From Eledone cirrhosa (taxonomy: Eukaryota), in the NCBI GenBank assembly GCA_964016885.1, contig OZ024752.1, forward strand, positions 9,486,001-9,550,000: a stretch of DNA of 64,000 bases. Reading direction: 5' to 3'. The notes under the pieces were generated by a model, which ran no database searches, had not been told where the DNA came from, and was given only the letters and a program-made list of their open reading frames with translations. The translations under genes were made by a program, and so were the position numbers. This document shows, piece after piece, positions 1 to 14,177 of the stretch (within the stretch, counting starts at the first letter, position 1; each line of letters begins with the position of its first letter).

Positions 1-28
1 ACAAATATATGAATATACACATAAAAAT

Positions 29-310
29 CTATCTATCTATCTATCTATCTAGGGCGGGTAAAATTCCCGAGATCCATGGATGAGTTCTCTCCAGCGGTCT
101 CTGTCCTTCGTCATCGCTGCCATGTCCTGCGTCTCCAACAGACCAGTGTTTGTCCTGAGGGCATCAACATATGTTAACTTCGGTCTTCCTCTTGCAGTGT
201 GTCCATGCAGGGGCTCCCACAGAAGCACCGAGTGCAGTGTCAACTCTGGATGTCGGTGAGCATCTCCAGTTCGTGAGTTTTAACAGGCACTCACAAATAA
301 ACGTTTTTCA
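29..310 (-). mobile_element. RTE-clade LINE 3' fragment with (ATAG)n tail
   Basis: ORF 49-243 LWEPLHGHTARGRPKLTYVD...DRDRWRELI is a typical RTE/L2-like ORF2 C-terminus; the stop is followed directly by a short tandem tail. Confidence 0.75.
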
Positions 311-425
311 TTGGAGGTGTTATTACCAATCTTCTTACCCGTGCAACGCCGGGATACACTGCTATATATATACTGCTATATATATACTGTTGGCTTCTTG
401 CTCACATTAATTTCTCTATTTTCAT

Positions 426-457
426 TTATATATATAGAGATAGAGAGAGAGATAGAG

Positions 458-554
<97 letters not shown>

Positions 555-572
555 CAGAGAGAGATAGAGAAT
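426..572. repeat. (TA)n/(GA)n microsatellite
   Basis: Seen directly. Dozens of similar tracts occur throughout and are not all listed. Confidence 0.95.
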
Positions 573-801
573 GGTAAAGAGGACGTTGAGAGAGTTGGAC
601 TAAAAACAGACAAAAATGGATATTTTTCGAAGACGAAATGGCTAGAAAGGTTTTATTAATGGCTGGAGTATCTGGTAGATATAAATTAAAGTAAAAATCA
701 GATTAGTTATATATCAGAACAATAAAAAACTCCAGCGAACATTAGTAATATATAAAATGACTAAAGCTGAGTTTGGTATCAATGTCTAAGTGATTGTATT
801 T

Positions 802-1090
802 AAGGTGGTGAATTGGTAGAGTGGTTAAGACGTCGGATAGTATGCTTTACGGTATTTGTCCCACATCATTGCATGATCTGAGTTCAAATTCAGCCGTGGT
901 CAACTTTGCCTTTCATCCTTTCGAGGTCGATAAAAAAAGTACCAGTCAGGTACTGGGGTCGATTTTTCCTTTATAGAAAAAAATCGGCCATGTTCAGACC
1001 TGGAGAGGGTTGGGCTCCACCGGATTTAAAAGTGCCCTAGACATGTCGCATGACGGTGCCTCTAAGACCCCACAAGGAGTTATAGGATCT
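802..1090 (+). mobile_element. tRNA-derived SINE group A, long-tail form
   Basis: A-box-like tggtagagtggtt, B-box gagttcaaatt and core gcctttcatcctttcgaggtcgataaaa-agtaccag (Meta-domain-like); the 3' tail is homologous to 5838-5950 and 32400-32514. Confidence 0.85.
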
Positions 1091-1577
1091 TTGCCCTTTA
1101 TCCTTTAGTTAGATCTGGGATCTTTATCCTTTATCCTTTAGTTAGATCTGGGATCTTTATCCTTTAGTTAGATCATTAAACATGGCTCACATGTCGTTGG
1201 ATTTCTTTCACAGCACGAGCCGGTGAAGTTGGACCTAGGGCACAGCAAAAGGCTAGATGGCATTGACATCTCGTTCTGTAATGATAAGCCTCTCGTCTAG
1301 TACGCATCTTGCAGCGACACTTTGTTCAGCAGCAACTTGGTGCATTCGACGACAGACCCAGGCTTAGTTGCTCGCCAGACTGAAGATTTCAGCCTGTTGA
1401 GGCATCGACCGTTTTCTAATAGGTATACGTTTGTCGTTGAATCTGTAGAGGTGGAGTCTTGGTCCTCGTACAAACTCTCCAGTCATTGCTATCGAGGTGG
1501 AGTTGACCACCAGAAGGACTGAGCCTCACGTGTTAGAATGGGTATTTCAACGCGTCTCACTCACCATCGCCAAGAAA

Positions 1578-2030
1578 TATCATCCGGCGGCCTCACCCGA
1601 AATGGACTCAACAATTGATCTCCACGTGGGTCTGTCGTTCATTGCCGTTGTCAAGCCCTGGATTTCAATACCAGAATCTCTGGGCTACAAGCTCTCCTAT
1701 CCCGATGTCATCTCCAGAATCTCTGGAGATGACATAGGGATAGGAGAGATTGTAGCCCCTGTTATTAGTGACTGCTTGTGGTTTCCAAAGCTCTAATGGA
1801 GACACAGCCTCATAGGTGGCACGATGGCAGAGGCCAGTAAATCGGGATAGGAGAGCTTGTGCCCCCTGATATTAGTGACTGTTTGTGGTTTTCAAAGCAC
1901 TAATGGGGACACAGCCTTAGCGGTGGTACCATGGAAGTGGCCAGCAAATCTTACTCTCCTTTTACGTACAACGACAGATATGCGTGGGAGGCCGGCATAT
2001 ATCTCTCTCAAAGAATAATTCTTCCTCCAA
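1578..2030 (-). mobile_element. RTE LINE 3' fragment, rearranged
   Basis: Encodes RKRRVRFAGH...AVSPLVL; homologous to 50284-50565, 36365-36545 and 43800-43980. Confidence 0.8.
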
Positions 2031-2796
2031 TTAGTCCACTGGACCATAGGGTGACTTACGTTCGGTGTTTTGCACACCAGAGGGCATTGTTTCATACTAC
2101 ACTGGCTCGTAACATTGGGGTAGTGATCATTAAGTATGGGTTGATAATGATAGTTACGTAAAAAGGAAAAATATGTAAATATACTCTTGGCTTTCTGAAT
2201 AAAAACTATGGTTAAATAAGATAGAAATCTTATCGGATTGGAACAGCAGCAGATAAGAATTATATAAGAATTATATAAGGTAGTTAAATAAATTGAGAAT
2301 GTGATAAATTTTAAAATGCTAGGACCTAAGACGCTTAAGGTGTGAAGAAGAACAACAGGCAGAGAGAAAGATTTATAAAGCAATGTTGGATCGATAATGA
2401 GTAGAGAATTAAATTAAGAATAAATATCGTTCATTTGAAAGAGCTGAGGTAGTGAAATATAGGTTTCTGGTGGAGTCTGATCAACTTCCTAACGATTACA
2501 TTAATTTCATGGGTTCTTTACACTTTCATGAAACTCAATACTTTTCTACTTTATTGAACCAACAGATCATTTTATCGTTTTATTCGATTTTATTCTTTCG
2601 TCACACCTTCATTATCTAGAGGTTTCAATCTTTACCACATTCATAGATTTTTTATTTTATTTAACTTTTGCTTTTATACCATACTTTACACCTTTTCGGC
2701 TGTTGGCGTCATGAGATCAAAACTATATATACATACATACATACATGCATGCATGCATACATACATTCATACATGCATGCATACATACATGCATGC

Positions 2797-3319
2797 ATGA
2801 TGGCTGCAAACACTGCTAAGAGTATTGCAATCGCTTGTCAGATTAGAGAGTCTGGGGTGTAATTTTAGGCTACGGCCAGCCACACAAACCTGTAACATAT
2901 CCTGAACAAGCAATACCTGTGCTTTGAACGTTTTTTAAGTGGGGAAAGGCCTTACACTCGACTAATCCCACTCTCTGAGCATCGAAAACACTACACGAAA
3001 AGGAGAACTGGTCAATATCATCGGATGCTTCCGAAGCCGCAATTTTTTTTCAGAGTTTCCCTCTCCTAGAAAGGTGTTGTGACAACAACTGGGGCCTTTC
3101 ACTCCCAGGCCGAAAAAAGTACTATTCGGATGGCCGTTGACTCTGCTGAGTTCTTCCGCCCTTTACCGAGTCTTGTATTTCATCCCACATAGTGTCCAAA
3201 TATCACCCTCCTCACCAAGAAAGCTTGGTGGGGTTGCCGGTTTAGTCGCCGACGACCCGACCATGATACAGAATGTACTGGGTTACATGTTACCAGTAGC
3301 ACCCGAGAGCGACCTGACA
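2797..3319 (-). mobile_element. Diverged bipartite RTE-derived SINE
   Basis: 3200-3319 aligns by eye to 33445-33567; flanked by (TACA)n. Confidence 0.7.
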
Positions 3320-3334
3320 CATACATACATACAT

Positions 3335-3878
3335 GACCAGATATAATGATATGGGATAGGGAAAAGAAGGCATCCACAGTAGTGGAAGTTAGCTGCCCAG
3401 CTGATGTCACTATAGTATCAAAGATCAGTGAAAAGGAGAATATTTATGGAGAAATAATGAGAAATCTGCAGATACTCCACTCTGATTACCTTATTGGGGC
3501 ACTGGGATATGTTAGTAACAGCCTCAATACAAATCTTGAGAAGCTGAGCTTCACAGAAACAGAAGGAACACAACTAGTTAGGAAATTACAAGTACAATCC
3601 ATTAATGGAACAGCAAAAATATGTAAAACATTCCAAAAATTTTGCATCTAATAGCTGCATATACACATGTACAGATACAAAACATATGCAGATGCACACA
3701 TATAACTCAAAACATCCACACCCACACATACAATAACACCCATACCTGCACACATACGGACATGCAGACATATCTACCTAGTTGATGTGTAAATTCCAAT
3801 GAGAGAGTCTTGTGTCTATATTAGAAACCGACTGTCTCTCTATTGGTAAACATTTATAAAATTATGAATTCAGAAGAA
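3335..3878 (+). mobile_element. R4/Dong-like non-LTR element 3' fragment (restriction-like endonuclease domain and 3' UTR)
   Basis: PDIMIWD...VVEVSCP...KISEKENIY...IGALG is an RLE PD-(D/E) motif; the 3' UTR recurs at 32617-32870. Confidence 0.8.
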
Positions 3879-3892
3879 CATACATACACACA

Positions 3893-4223
<331 letters not shown>

Positions 4224-4534
4224 TTAATATACCATAATATTTAAAACATTAACTGATCGGGCAATGTAAGTAGAATTTAAATTCTATTTTCTAAGTAGGA
4301 AAATGACAGTGATTTCGAAATTGGTAAATTGGTATCTTTCTTCTTTATATGCCTATCTGTCTCTATATATATCTGTCTGTCTGCGTGCATGTATGTATGC
4401 ATGAGGGTATGGATGTGTGCTCGCATGTATGCATGCGTGTATATATGTCTCTCTGTATGCATGCATGAATGTATGTATGTATGTCTGTCTGTATGCATAC
4501 ATGCATGTATGTATGTCTCTCTGTATGTATGTCC

Positions 4535-4830
4535 CCGCGCAGTTAAACCACTGGAAGTGAAGGACCCCTAGCCTTTGTCAGGGCATTCTTCTAGGAGAAG
4601 GCAACTCAGGAAACTGGGATAACTCCGATATAAAACCTGCAGCTCAGTAGTTACCGATGATGTTGATCTTTTCTTCTTTTCGGGTTATAGCTACTGTCGC
4701 TCAGAGAGTGGGACTTCCTCATTAAAAAAAATCTTCACGCACAGGCGTTGCACGATAGCTTAATTGAGAATTATTAATAATGTTATATCGTGCAATGTCC
4801 ATACTCGATAACGAAAGGGGCAGCCATCAT
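4535..4830 (+). mobile_element. Short diverged RTE-derived SINE copy
   Basis: Contains tagcctttgtcagggc...tctaggagaagg and ends actcgataacga...cagccatcat(gtat)n like 30706-31300. Confidence 0.65.
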
Positions 4831-5051
4831 GTATGTATGTATGCATGCATATGTCTGTCTGCCTGTCTCTCTGTATGTGTCTATATGTATGTATGTACTT
4901 GTGTATTAGAAAAGGAGGTTTATCTACGCACAGGAATGCTTATGAATACACAACACCATTACACTTTACTTGTAACTAAACAACACAATTTGTAAATACA
5001 ACATGGCCGCTACTGGCAATAGAGAATGTTCTGTTTTCGTTATTGGTTTAG

Positions 5052-5105
5052 TTATCCATGACAATGTCTCGGACATCACCCCAGGGAAATCTGAATAGCC
5101 ATGAG
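5052..5105 (+). CDS. Candidate micro-exon (LSMTMSRTSPQGNLNSHE)
   Basis: T-rich tract plus AG, 54 nt open in phase 0, GAG|GTAAC donor, in non-repetitive sequence. Confidence 0.25.
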
Positions 5106-5979
5106 GTAACAAACAGAGAGGAAGAGAGAATTACACCAGTACTGGGATAATAATACATTTTTTTTTTATCAGCTCCGGTATTTTAACAAGCAAAGTTGGC
5201 CATGGTGGGATTTAGTGTCAGAGCACAGAAAACCGGAACAAATGTTGCAAAGTTATTTAACGCTCTAATGACTCTGCTAATCGATCACTTTATATATGAC
5301 AATTAGTAAGTAAAGAGATCAATACAACTAATTGTCTGACCTTTCCTGATCAAAGATATCCATTAACGAGTTATCAGTCCGATTGGCTCCATAATATTGT
5401 GGAAAATAATATGATGTTCTTATCTGAAGTCATTAGGGTGTTGTAAGTGAGAAGGATTCAACTGAATACGAAAATAACTTCACTGACTCAGTTTGTTGTG
5501 AATTACTTCCAGCTCAACGACAGTTGCTTTAAAGGATCTCTGTAGAATAATATGAACTACTTTATGAGATTCTGGTTTGCTATAATGATATCAAATAAAA
5601 TAAATTGTTTTAAGTGCTTCTGACAAATAAATTGATTTAAGGATTTATTTATACCACATAGTAAAGTGAAAAATGATATACGAAAAAGATATTATTTGAT
5701 ATTGGAAAGACCAGTTATCGCAAATATTGATGAATGTTATATCATAGATATTACGTTCAGGGAATGTCTTTGTTTTTTAATTGATCGACAAAATCCAACA
5801 CCATTCGCTTACCGAAGGAGGTACGCATGTATGTATGGTCCCATAACTCCTGATAGAGTCGTAGGGACGCCATATTGACATACAGCGTTTCTTGGGCACT
5901 CTAAGCCTGGCGGAGCCCATCCCTTTCCAGGCCTGAGTACAGCAGATTTCTTCCAGAGAGAGATAGAGAGAGAAAGAGA

Positions 5980-6450
5980 GAGAAATAGAGAGGGAGGAAG
6001 TGAGAAATAGAGAGGGAGGAAGTGAGAAAGAGAGAGGGAGGAAGTGAGAAATAGAGAGGGAGGAAGTGAGAAAGAGAGAGGGAGGAAGTGAGAAATAGAG
6101 AGGGAGGAAGTGAGAAATAGAGAGGGAGGAAGTGAGAAATAGAGAGGGAGGAAGTGAGAAAGAGAGAGGGAGGAAGTGAGAAATAGAGAGGGAGGAAGTA
6201 AGAAAGAGAGAGGGAGGAAGTGAGAAATAGAGAGGGAGGAAGTGAGAAAGAGAGAGGGAGGAAGTGAGAAATAGAGAGGGAGGAAGTGAGAAATAGAGAG
6301 GGAGGAAGTGAGAAAGAGAGAGGGAGGAAGTGAGAAATAGAGAGGGAGGAAGTGAGAAATAGAGAGGGAGGAAGTGAGAAATAGAGAGGGAGGAAGTGAG
6401 AAAGAGAGAGGGAGGAAGTGAGAAATAGAGAGGGAGGAAGTGAGAAAGAG
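5980..6450. repeat. 22-bp purine-rich minisatellite gagaaa(t/g)agagagggaggaagt
   Basis: About 21 units seen directly. Confidence 0.95.
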
Positions 6451-6580
6451 ATATAGAGGAAGAATCGTCCCCCAGTACTAGACTGGTATTTTTTTATCGA
6501 CCTCGAAAGGATGAAAGGCGAAGTTGACCTCGGTAGGATTTGAACTTAGAGAGCAGAGAGTCGGAACGGATTCCCTAAAG

Positions 6581-8932
6581 CATTCTATCCAACGTTCTAA
6601 CAACTCTGCCATTCTATCCGACGTTCTAACAACTCTGCCATTCTATCCAACGTTCTAACAACTCTGCCATTCTATCCAACGTTCTAACAACTCTGCCATT
6701 CTATCCAACGTTCTAACAACTCTGCCATTCTATCCAACGTTCTAACGACTCTGCCATTCTATCCAACGTTCTAACAACTCTGCCATTCTATCCGACGTTC
6801 TAACAACTCTGCCATTCTATCCAACGTTCTAACAACTCTGCCATTCTATCCAATGTTCTAACAACTCTGCCATTCTATCTGACGTTCTAACAACTCTGCC
6901 ATTCTATCCGACGTTCTAACAACTCTGCCATTCTATCCAACGTTCTAACGACTCTGCCATTCTATCCAACGTTCTAACGACTCTGCCATTCTATCCAATG
7001 TTCTAACAACTCTGCCATTCTATCTGAAGTTCTAACGACTCTGCCATTCTATCCAACGTTCTAACGACTCTGTCATTCTATCTGACGTTCTAACAACTCT
7101 GCCATTCTATCCAACGTTCTAACAACTCTGCCATTCTATCCAACGTTCTAACAACTCTGCCATTCTATCCGACGTTCTAACAACTCTGCCATTCTATCCG
7201 ACGTTCTAACAACTCTGCCATTCTATCCAACGTTCTAACAACTCTGCCATTCTATCTGACGTTCTAACAACTCTGCCATTCTATCTGACGTTCTAACAAC
7301 TCTGCCATTCTATCTGACGTTCTAACAACTCTGCCATTCTATCCAACGTTCTAACAACTCTGCCATTCTATCCAACGTTCTAACAACTCTGCCATTCTAT
7401 CCAACGTTCTAACAACTCTGCCATTCTATCCGACGTTCTAACAACTCTGCCATTCTATCCAACGTTCTAACAACTCTGCCATTCTATCCAACGTTCTAAC
7501 AACTCTGCCATTCTATCCAACGTTCTAACGACTCTGCCATTCTATCCAACGTTCTAACAACTCTGCCATTCTATCCAACGTTCTAACAACTCTGCCATTC
7601 TATCCAACGTTCTAACAACTCTGCCATTCTATCCAACGTTCTAACGACTCTGCCATTCTATCCAACGTTCTAACAACTCTGCCATTCTATCCAACGTTCT
7701 AACAACTCTGCCATTCTATCCAACGTTCTAACGACTCTGCCATTCTATCTGACGTTCTAACAACTCTGCCATTCTATCTGACGTTCTAACAACTCTGCCA
7801 TTCTATCCAACGTTCTAACAACTCTGCCATTCTATCCGACGTTCTAACAACTCTGCCATTCTATCCAACGTTCTAACAACTCTGCCATTCTATCCAACGT
7901 TCTAACAACTCTGCCATTCTATCCGACGTTCTAACAACTCTGCCATTCTATCCGACGTTCTAACAACTCTGCCATTCTATCCAACGTTCTAACAACTCTG
8001 CCGTTCTATCCAACGTTCTAACAACTCTGCCATTCTATCCGACGTTCTAACAACTCTGCCATTCTATCCAACGTTCTAACAACTCTGCCATTCAATCCAA
8101 CGTTCTAACAACTCTGCCATTCTATCCAACGTTCTAACAACTCTGCCATTCTATCCAACGTTCTAACAACTCTGCCATTCTATCCAACGTTCTAACGACT
8201 CTGCCATTCTATCCAACGTTCTAACAACTCTGCCATTCTATCCAACGTTCTAACAACTCTGCCATTCTATCCAACTTTCTAACGACTCTGCCATTCTATC
8301 TGACGTTCTAACAACTCTGCCATTCTATCCAACGTTCTAACAACTCTGCCATTCTATCCAACGTTCTAACAACTCTGCCATTCTATCCGACGTTCTAACA
8401 ACTCTGCCATTCTATCCAACGTTCTAACAACTCTGCCATTCTATCCAACGTTCTAACAACTCTGCCATTCTATCCGACGTTCTAACAACTCTGCCATTCT
8501 ATCCGACGTTCTAACAACTCTGCCATTCTATCCAACGTTCTAACAACTCTGCCATTCTATCCAACGTTCTAACAACTCTGCCATTCTATCCAACGTTCTA
8601 ACGACTCTGCCATTCTATCCAACGTTCTAACAACTCTGCCATTCTATCCAACGTTCTAACGACTCTGCCATTCTATCCGACGTTCTAACAACTCTGCCAT
8701 TCTATCCAACGTTCTAACAACTCTGCCATTCTATCCAACGTTCTAACAACTCTGCCATTCTATCCAACGTTCTAACAACTCTGCCATTCTATCCAACGTT
8801 CTAACAACTCTGCCATTCTATCCAACGTTCTAACGACTCTGCCATTCTATCCAACGTTCTAACAACTCTGCCATTCTATCCAACGTTCTAACAACTCTGC
8901 CATTCTATCCAACATCCTAACAACTCTGCCAT
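6581..8932. repeat. 29-bp minisatellite cattctatccaacgttctaacaactctgc
   Basis: Period 29 (6581, 6610, ...), about 81 units, no unique spacers. Confidence 0.97.
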
Positions 8933-8989
8933 GTCGCCGCCTTACTGAATGAGGTGGAACTCGTCAAATCGGATCAAGGAAACTATTTT

Positions 8990-9150
8990 TATTGGTCTTT
9001 CCACTGTTGACAATATCTACCTGTTACAATTCCTGACAGAAAGTGCAACGTGAAATAAAGTGTCTTGTTCAAGGAATTAACGCATCTTTCGGTCTCAGAA
9101 TCGAATTCGCAACCAAACGATGTGATTCTAATTCCCTGACCACTAAACCG
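8990..9150 (-). mobile_element. tRNA-derived SINE group B (CORE-like), decayed
   Basis: gcaacgtgaaataaagtgtcttgttcaagg is the reverse complement of the core at 42300-42335. Confidence 0.7.
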
Positions 9151-9290
9151 TTTAGGGGAAGGAAAACACCATGTTATCTTACACTGTCACATGGTTCGAG
9201 GAAACTGTAGCCAATGTTAGTTTTAACAATAAGTGTTTCTTTGTGATTTTATTCGAAAAAACCAATTGAAAGAGCTGATTATGAAGAGAC

Positions 9291-9346
<56 letters not shown>

Positions 9347-9466
9347 AAGGTATATATTGAGTTCGAAACTCAAAATAGTCTCTTACAATTAAATAGCTCA
9401 AGGAATCTGGTCCCTTACGATTTGAACACATATGTATATATCTGTGTTTATCTCTCTTTTATATTC

Positions 9467-9526
<60 letters not shown>

Positions 9527-10483
9527 TTTGCTTAAACTTTAATCTGTTATTTTAATAAATATTTGCTCTAGGGTTCTTATATATTTGATATATATTTATC
9601 CTTATCGAGCCCTTTTGGATTTTAGTCTTCACATTTATTATTATTAATATATATATATATAATCAGCCCCTAATTATATGTTATTGGGATTTGTATCAGC
9701 CATGATGCCAATCTAGTTGTGATAGTGACCAACATTTTCTTAATTTATATTATTCAGCACACCATATCGTCCTTGACACTTCTGTCTTTTCCTATAACCT
9801 CTGTATCCTATGTTGTTTTTCCTATTTAGGAAACGTGCTTTTTCTAGTTAGAGTTACACCAACTCTGATCATGAAATCTTATGATTAAAGGCATTCGAGC
9901 CGTTACCATCACGTCTTTGTATGAATATCTACGACTACATTATCTCCTGTGTCCTACTGTGTGTGATTTGAGGAAGGTTTGACTGTCATTTAGTGTCGTT
10001 TAAATACTCACTCGTTGCCTTTTAAGTTAGGAAAGATGTAATGTATTATTAATGTGGTCGTAAATCAACTAACTCTGAGAGCAAAGGAACCAATGTGTAT
10101 TCATCTTTGCAAGGCCTATTATACTCTAAATAGGTTATGGGATCGTTTGAAAACAATAATTTATCAAAGTAACGATTTTTATTGGAATTCTCTTAGGTTT
10201 AACGAAAGTTTTACAATGTCTATCCATAACATCACACATGTATTTTAAATATAATATAGATCTAAGGATGTTTATATCTGTATAATACTAAAACTCTGCG
10301 ATTGCCTGCTTGCTTGCTTGTCTGCAATGTAATACAGCCAAAAGGGGGCATAATGGGAAAATACTTTGAAAGGATGTTGACCCTGAAATGGGAATACAAA
10401 TGGAATAAAACAATTTTTGTGTAAATCGAAGCATGGGTTCCCGAGATATGGGGTTTTTCCGAGTACCTTCAGAGAGAGAGAGA

Positions 10484-10556
<73 letters not shown>

Positions 10557-10619
10557 TGGTTGTGAGAGAGTAGATTGAAAGAGAGACATAGTGAGAGGGA
10601 GAGGAGACAGAGAATGAGG

Positions 10620-10658
<39 letters not shown>

Positions 10659-10704
10659 GGTGATGTTGTGTATATATATATGTGAAAGTGTGTGTGCGTG
10701 TGTG

Positions 10705-10747
<43 letters not shown>

Positions 10748-10989
10748 CTATGGCGAGTGTATAGATCACAGACACCCATATATATATACATACACACACA
10801 GACACACACATATATATATACACACATTTATATATACACATACACACACGTATATATATATGGGCCTTCCAGTTTCATTTCACATATATACATGTCTGAA
10901 TATTTAAATTATTTAAAAATTATTTTTAAGTGAACATGATTTAAAAAAGATATTTTGATGTGAGGATGACCCAACGAGACTCGCGTGGT

Positions 10990-11046
<57 letters not shown>

Positions 11047-11061
<15 letters not shown>

Positions 11062-11272
11062 GGTAGTCTAGTACTATATAGTATATGGTAGTCTGGTACT
11101 ATATAATATATGGTAGTCTAGTACTATATAAAATATGGTGGTCTAGTACTATATAATATATGGTGGTCTAGTACTATATAAAATATGGTGGTCTAGTACT
11201 ATATAATATATGGTGGTCTAGTACTATATAAAATATGGTGGTCTAGTACTATATAAAATATGGTGGTCTAGT
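11047..11272. repeat. 25-bp minisatellite tatataatatatggt(a/g)gtctagtac
   Basis: About 9 units seen directly. Confidence 0.9.
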
Positions 11273-11324
11273 GTATTATAGAAATTAGGAAACTGTCATA
11301 ATTTGAATTTTACATATGTAAAAT

Positions 11325-12525
11325 AATTATTTCTACGTTAGGCACAAGACCAGCAAATAACCAGTGTATTACTGGTACTTTATTTTATCGACCCCGTAAG
11401 GATGAAAGGCAAAGTTAACCTCGGCGGGATTTGAACTCAGAATGGCAAGGGCCGTAACTCTATGCGTCAAAGCATGGCGTCCGACCCTCTACCAATACTG
11501 CCAATCCACTGCCACATATGTAAAATAATGTATGGCATAAAGTAATAACAAAAGTGGTTTCTCGCTATCGTTCGACCTGCTAAAAATAGGAGCTAAATCA
11601 CCTTCAACTTACACCTAACCGAATTAGTAAATAAACAAGACAATGAATAATATAATTGTTTCTACTTCTGGCACAAGGCCAGCAAATATCCAGTGTATTA
11701 CTGGTACTTTATTTTATCGGCCCCGTAAGGATGAAAGGCAAAGTTAACCCCGGCGGGATTTGAACTCAGATCATAAAGGGACGTAACTCTATGCTTCAAA
11801 GCATTGTGTCCGACTCTCTATCGATACTGCCGATCCACAATGGTTTCTACTTTTGGTACAAGGTCAGCAATTTGAAGGGAAGAGGAAGTTGATTAAATCG
11901 ACCCCAGTGCGTCACTGGTACTTTATTTTATCGAGCTCGTAACGATGAAAGGCAAAGGTAAACTCGGCGGGATTTGAACTGAGAACGTAAAGAGACGTAC
12001 CTATGCCGCAAAGCTCTACCGATTCTATCAATCTACCACCCTAAACTATTTCTAAACAATTATTTCTACTTTAGGCAAAGAGCTAACAATTTTGGGGTAA
12101 AGGAAAAATCGATTAAATCGACCCAAGTGCATTACAGGTACTTTATATTATCGACCCGATAAGGATGAAAGGCAGAGCAAACCTCGATGGGATTTGAAAC
12201 TAGAATGCAAAGGGCCGTAAATATATGCCACAAAGCTTCTTGTGCGATGCTCTAACGATTCTCCCAATGTGCGGACCACATTATGGTCTGTTGGTTGTGA
12301 AGCAGATAAAAAGAAGCGCTCAACGGCCTGTATAAATGGTACAAGTCAGAGCATTATATATTTGTTTCTACTTTTGGCACAAGGCCAGCAATTATCTCAG
12401 TGTATTACTGGTACTTTATTTTATCGACCCCGTAAGGATGAAAGGCAAAGTTAACATCGGGCGATATTTGATCTCACACCATAAAGGGGCGTCCGACCTT
12501 CTACTGATACTGCCAATCCCCCGCC
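11325..12525 (-). mobile_element. Cluster of five co-oriented short SINE A copies
   Basis: Copies at about 11325-11515, 11655-11838, 11840-12040, 12058-12277 and 12360-12525, each with tttatcgacccc-taaggatgaaaggcaaag. Confidence 0.9.
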
Positions 12526-12625
12526 CTATTATATATGTTATATATATTATTATTATGATATATATATATATAATATTTATAATGTTTATGTATATATATA
12601 TATTTATATATATATATATATATAT

Positions 12626-12868
12626 ATCAACTAGAAATTGATTGACATATATATATATATATCTAAAATAAACATATGAAACAATCACAGGGATAACTTG
12701 TGAAGAGTGTAAGCACACAGAGCTAGGTAGGTAACCAATTAAAGTTTAACTAGAACTTCAAATACCTTTTAAAGCTGTGTGTGCTTACACACTTTACACA
12801 TTATCCCCTGTGATTGTTTCATATGTTTATTTTAGATATATATAAATGTCAATCAATTTCTAGTTGAT
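12626..12868. mobile_element. Inverted-repeat Penelope-like remnant
   Basis: 12626-12725 is the reverse complement of 12775-12868; related to 29675-29835 and 62465-62610; abuts (TA)n. Confidence 0.6.
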
Positions 12869-12962
12869 ATCAAATTATCGTATCTATTCATTGGAATCTT
12901 TGAGTTTATTCTACAGTGGATATGACGCATGTCTGTCGGACATGACACCCTTTATTTAATTT

Positions 12963-13001
<39 letters not shown>

Positions 13002-13005
<4 letters not shown>

Positions 13006-13038
13006 GATAGATACAGAAAATGAAATGTTTGTGTATTA

Positions 13039-13076
<38 letters not shown>

Positions 13077-13312
13077 TAATACACAAACATTTCATTTTCT
13101 GTATCTATCCTTTGTGATCCTTTCTCTATTTTCGTACTCCCGAAGAAGGCTAAACCCCGACACGTCGAACCTTCTTTTCCCTTTTCTATGTAAAGCGTGA
13201 AACTAATAATGTAGAAGCCCTTTGTATATCAAATGTCTGATGTTTTCATTCTACTAATATAATAAATACCTTATTTACTGAGGTTACCGCCGATTTACTC
13301 GGGGTTGACATT
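13002..13312 (+). mobile_element. Penelope-like terminal remnant with palindrome and decayed hammerhead
   Basis: Perfect arms of about 41 bp around (TA)n (13002-13113); ccgaaga-aggctaaacccc-gaca-cg-tc is a degenerate hammerhead; its end matches 48833-48872 and 52052-52092 on the minus strand. Confidence 0.55.
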
Positions 13313-14081
13313 ATATATATATATATAGAGAGAGAGATAGAGAGTAGAAATAGGATTTCGCCTCATGCATAGCTGTATACAGATATGTATTAGGTTGCCG
13401 TGTTTCTTAAGAAACACGGTATGCTTGTAGATAAGCATTTAGAAATTCATAGCTAGGCAAAAAACACCTGGGATTAACGCCCTCTAGTGGTGCCCAGCAG
13501 AAGATACATATATAAAATAAAAGTATGCATTCCTACATGTAAATAATACACATAGGGGCACAAGTATTTTCCAACCGTATTCCAGTATGGTTCAATGGCA
13601 AGTTAATAAATTAACAAGCCAGAACATATAAAATCAAGGTCAAGCAGATTTGTGTGGCGCCAGTCTGTGATTTGAACTCGAGAATTTTATATTCTCCGTT
13701 GAGAAAAGCCTTCTGACAATGGTCTCTTTCTCAATGGAAATCCGCTTGGATTATCTATTCATTTTGGGATCGGAAACCGCGGTAAAGGCACATATAGTAA
13801 GTACAGTGAATTTTTTGAAATTTATTTTAAAACTTTTTCTCTATTTGCTTGACCTTGATTTTATATATATATATATATATATAAATATATATATATATAA
13901 TAATAATAATAATACTGGTAGTTATAATAGAAAGGACGAGGTGCTAGATCTTTATTACATTTATAGAGGTGAGACGCGCGTTTCGCGATTGTTCAGCTTA
14001 AGGTTCGATCCGTATCGACTGGGCCCGACTCTGGAATCAAAAGCTAGTCGGACCTCTGTTATGGTAATGACTATACACTAT

Positions 14082-14177
<96 letters not shown>

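Larger units (their letters stand above)
5826..8944 (-). mobile_element. SINE A long form expanded internally by two tandem arrays
   Basis: Tail 5838-5957, core 6465-6580 and head end 8930-8944 are collinear around the arrays. Confidence 0.85.

Noticed and set aside
6581-8932. CRISPR-like array
   Set aside because: Contiguous 29-bp units with no unique spacers, no cas genes, eukaryotic context.
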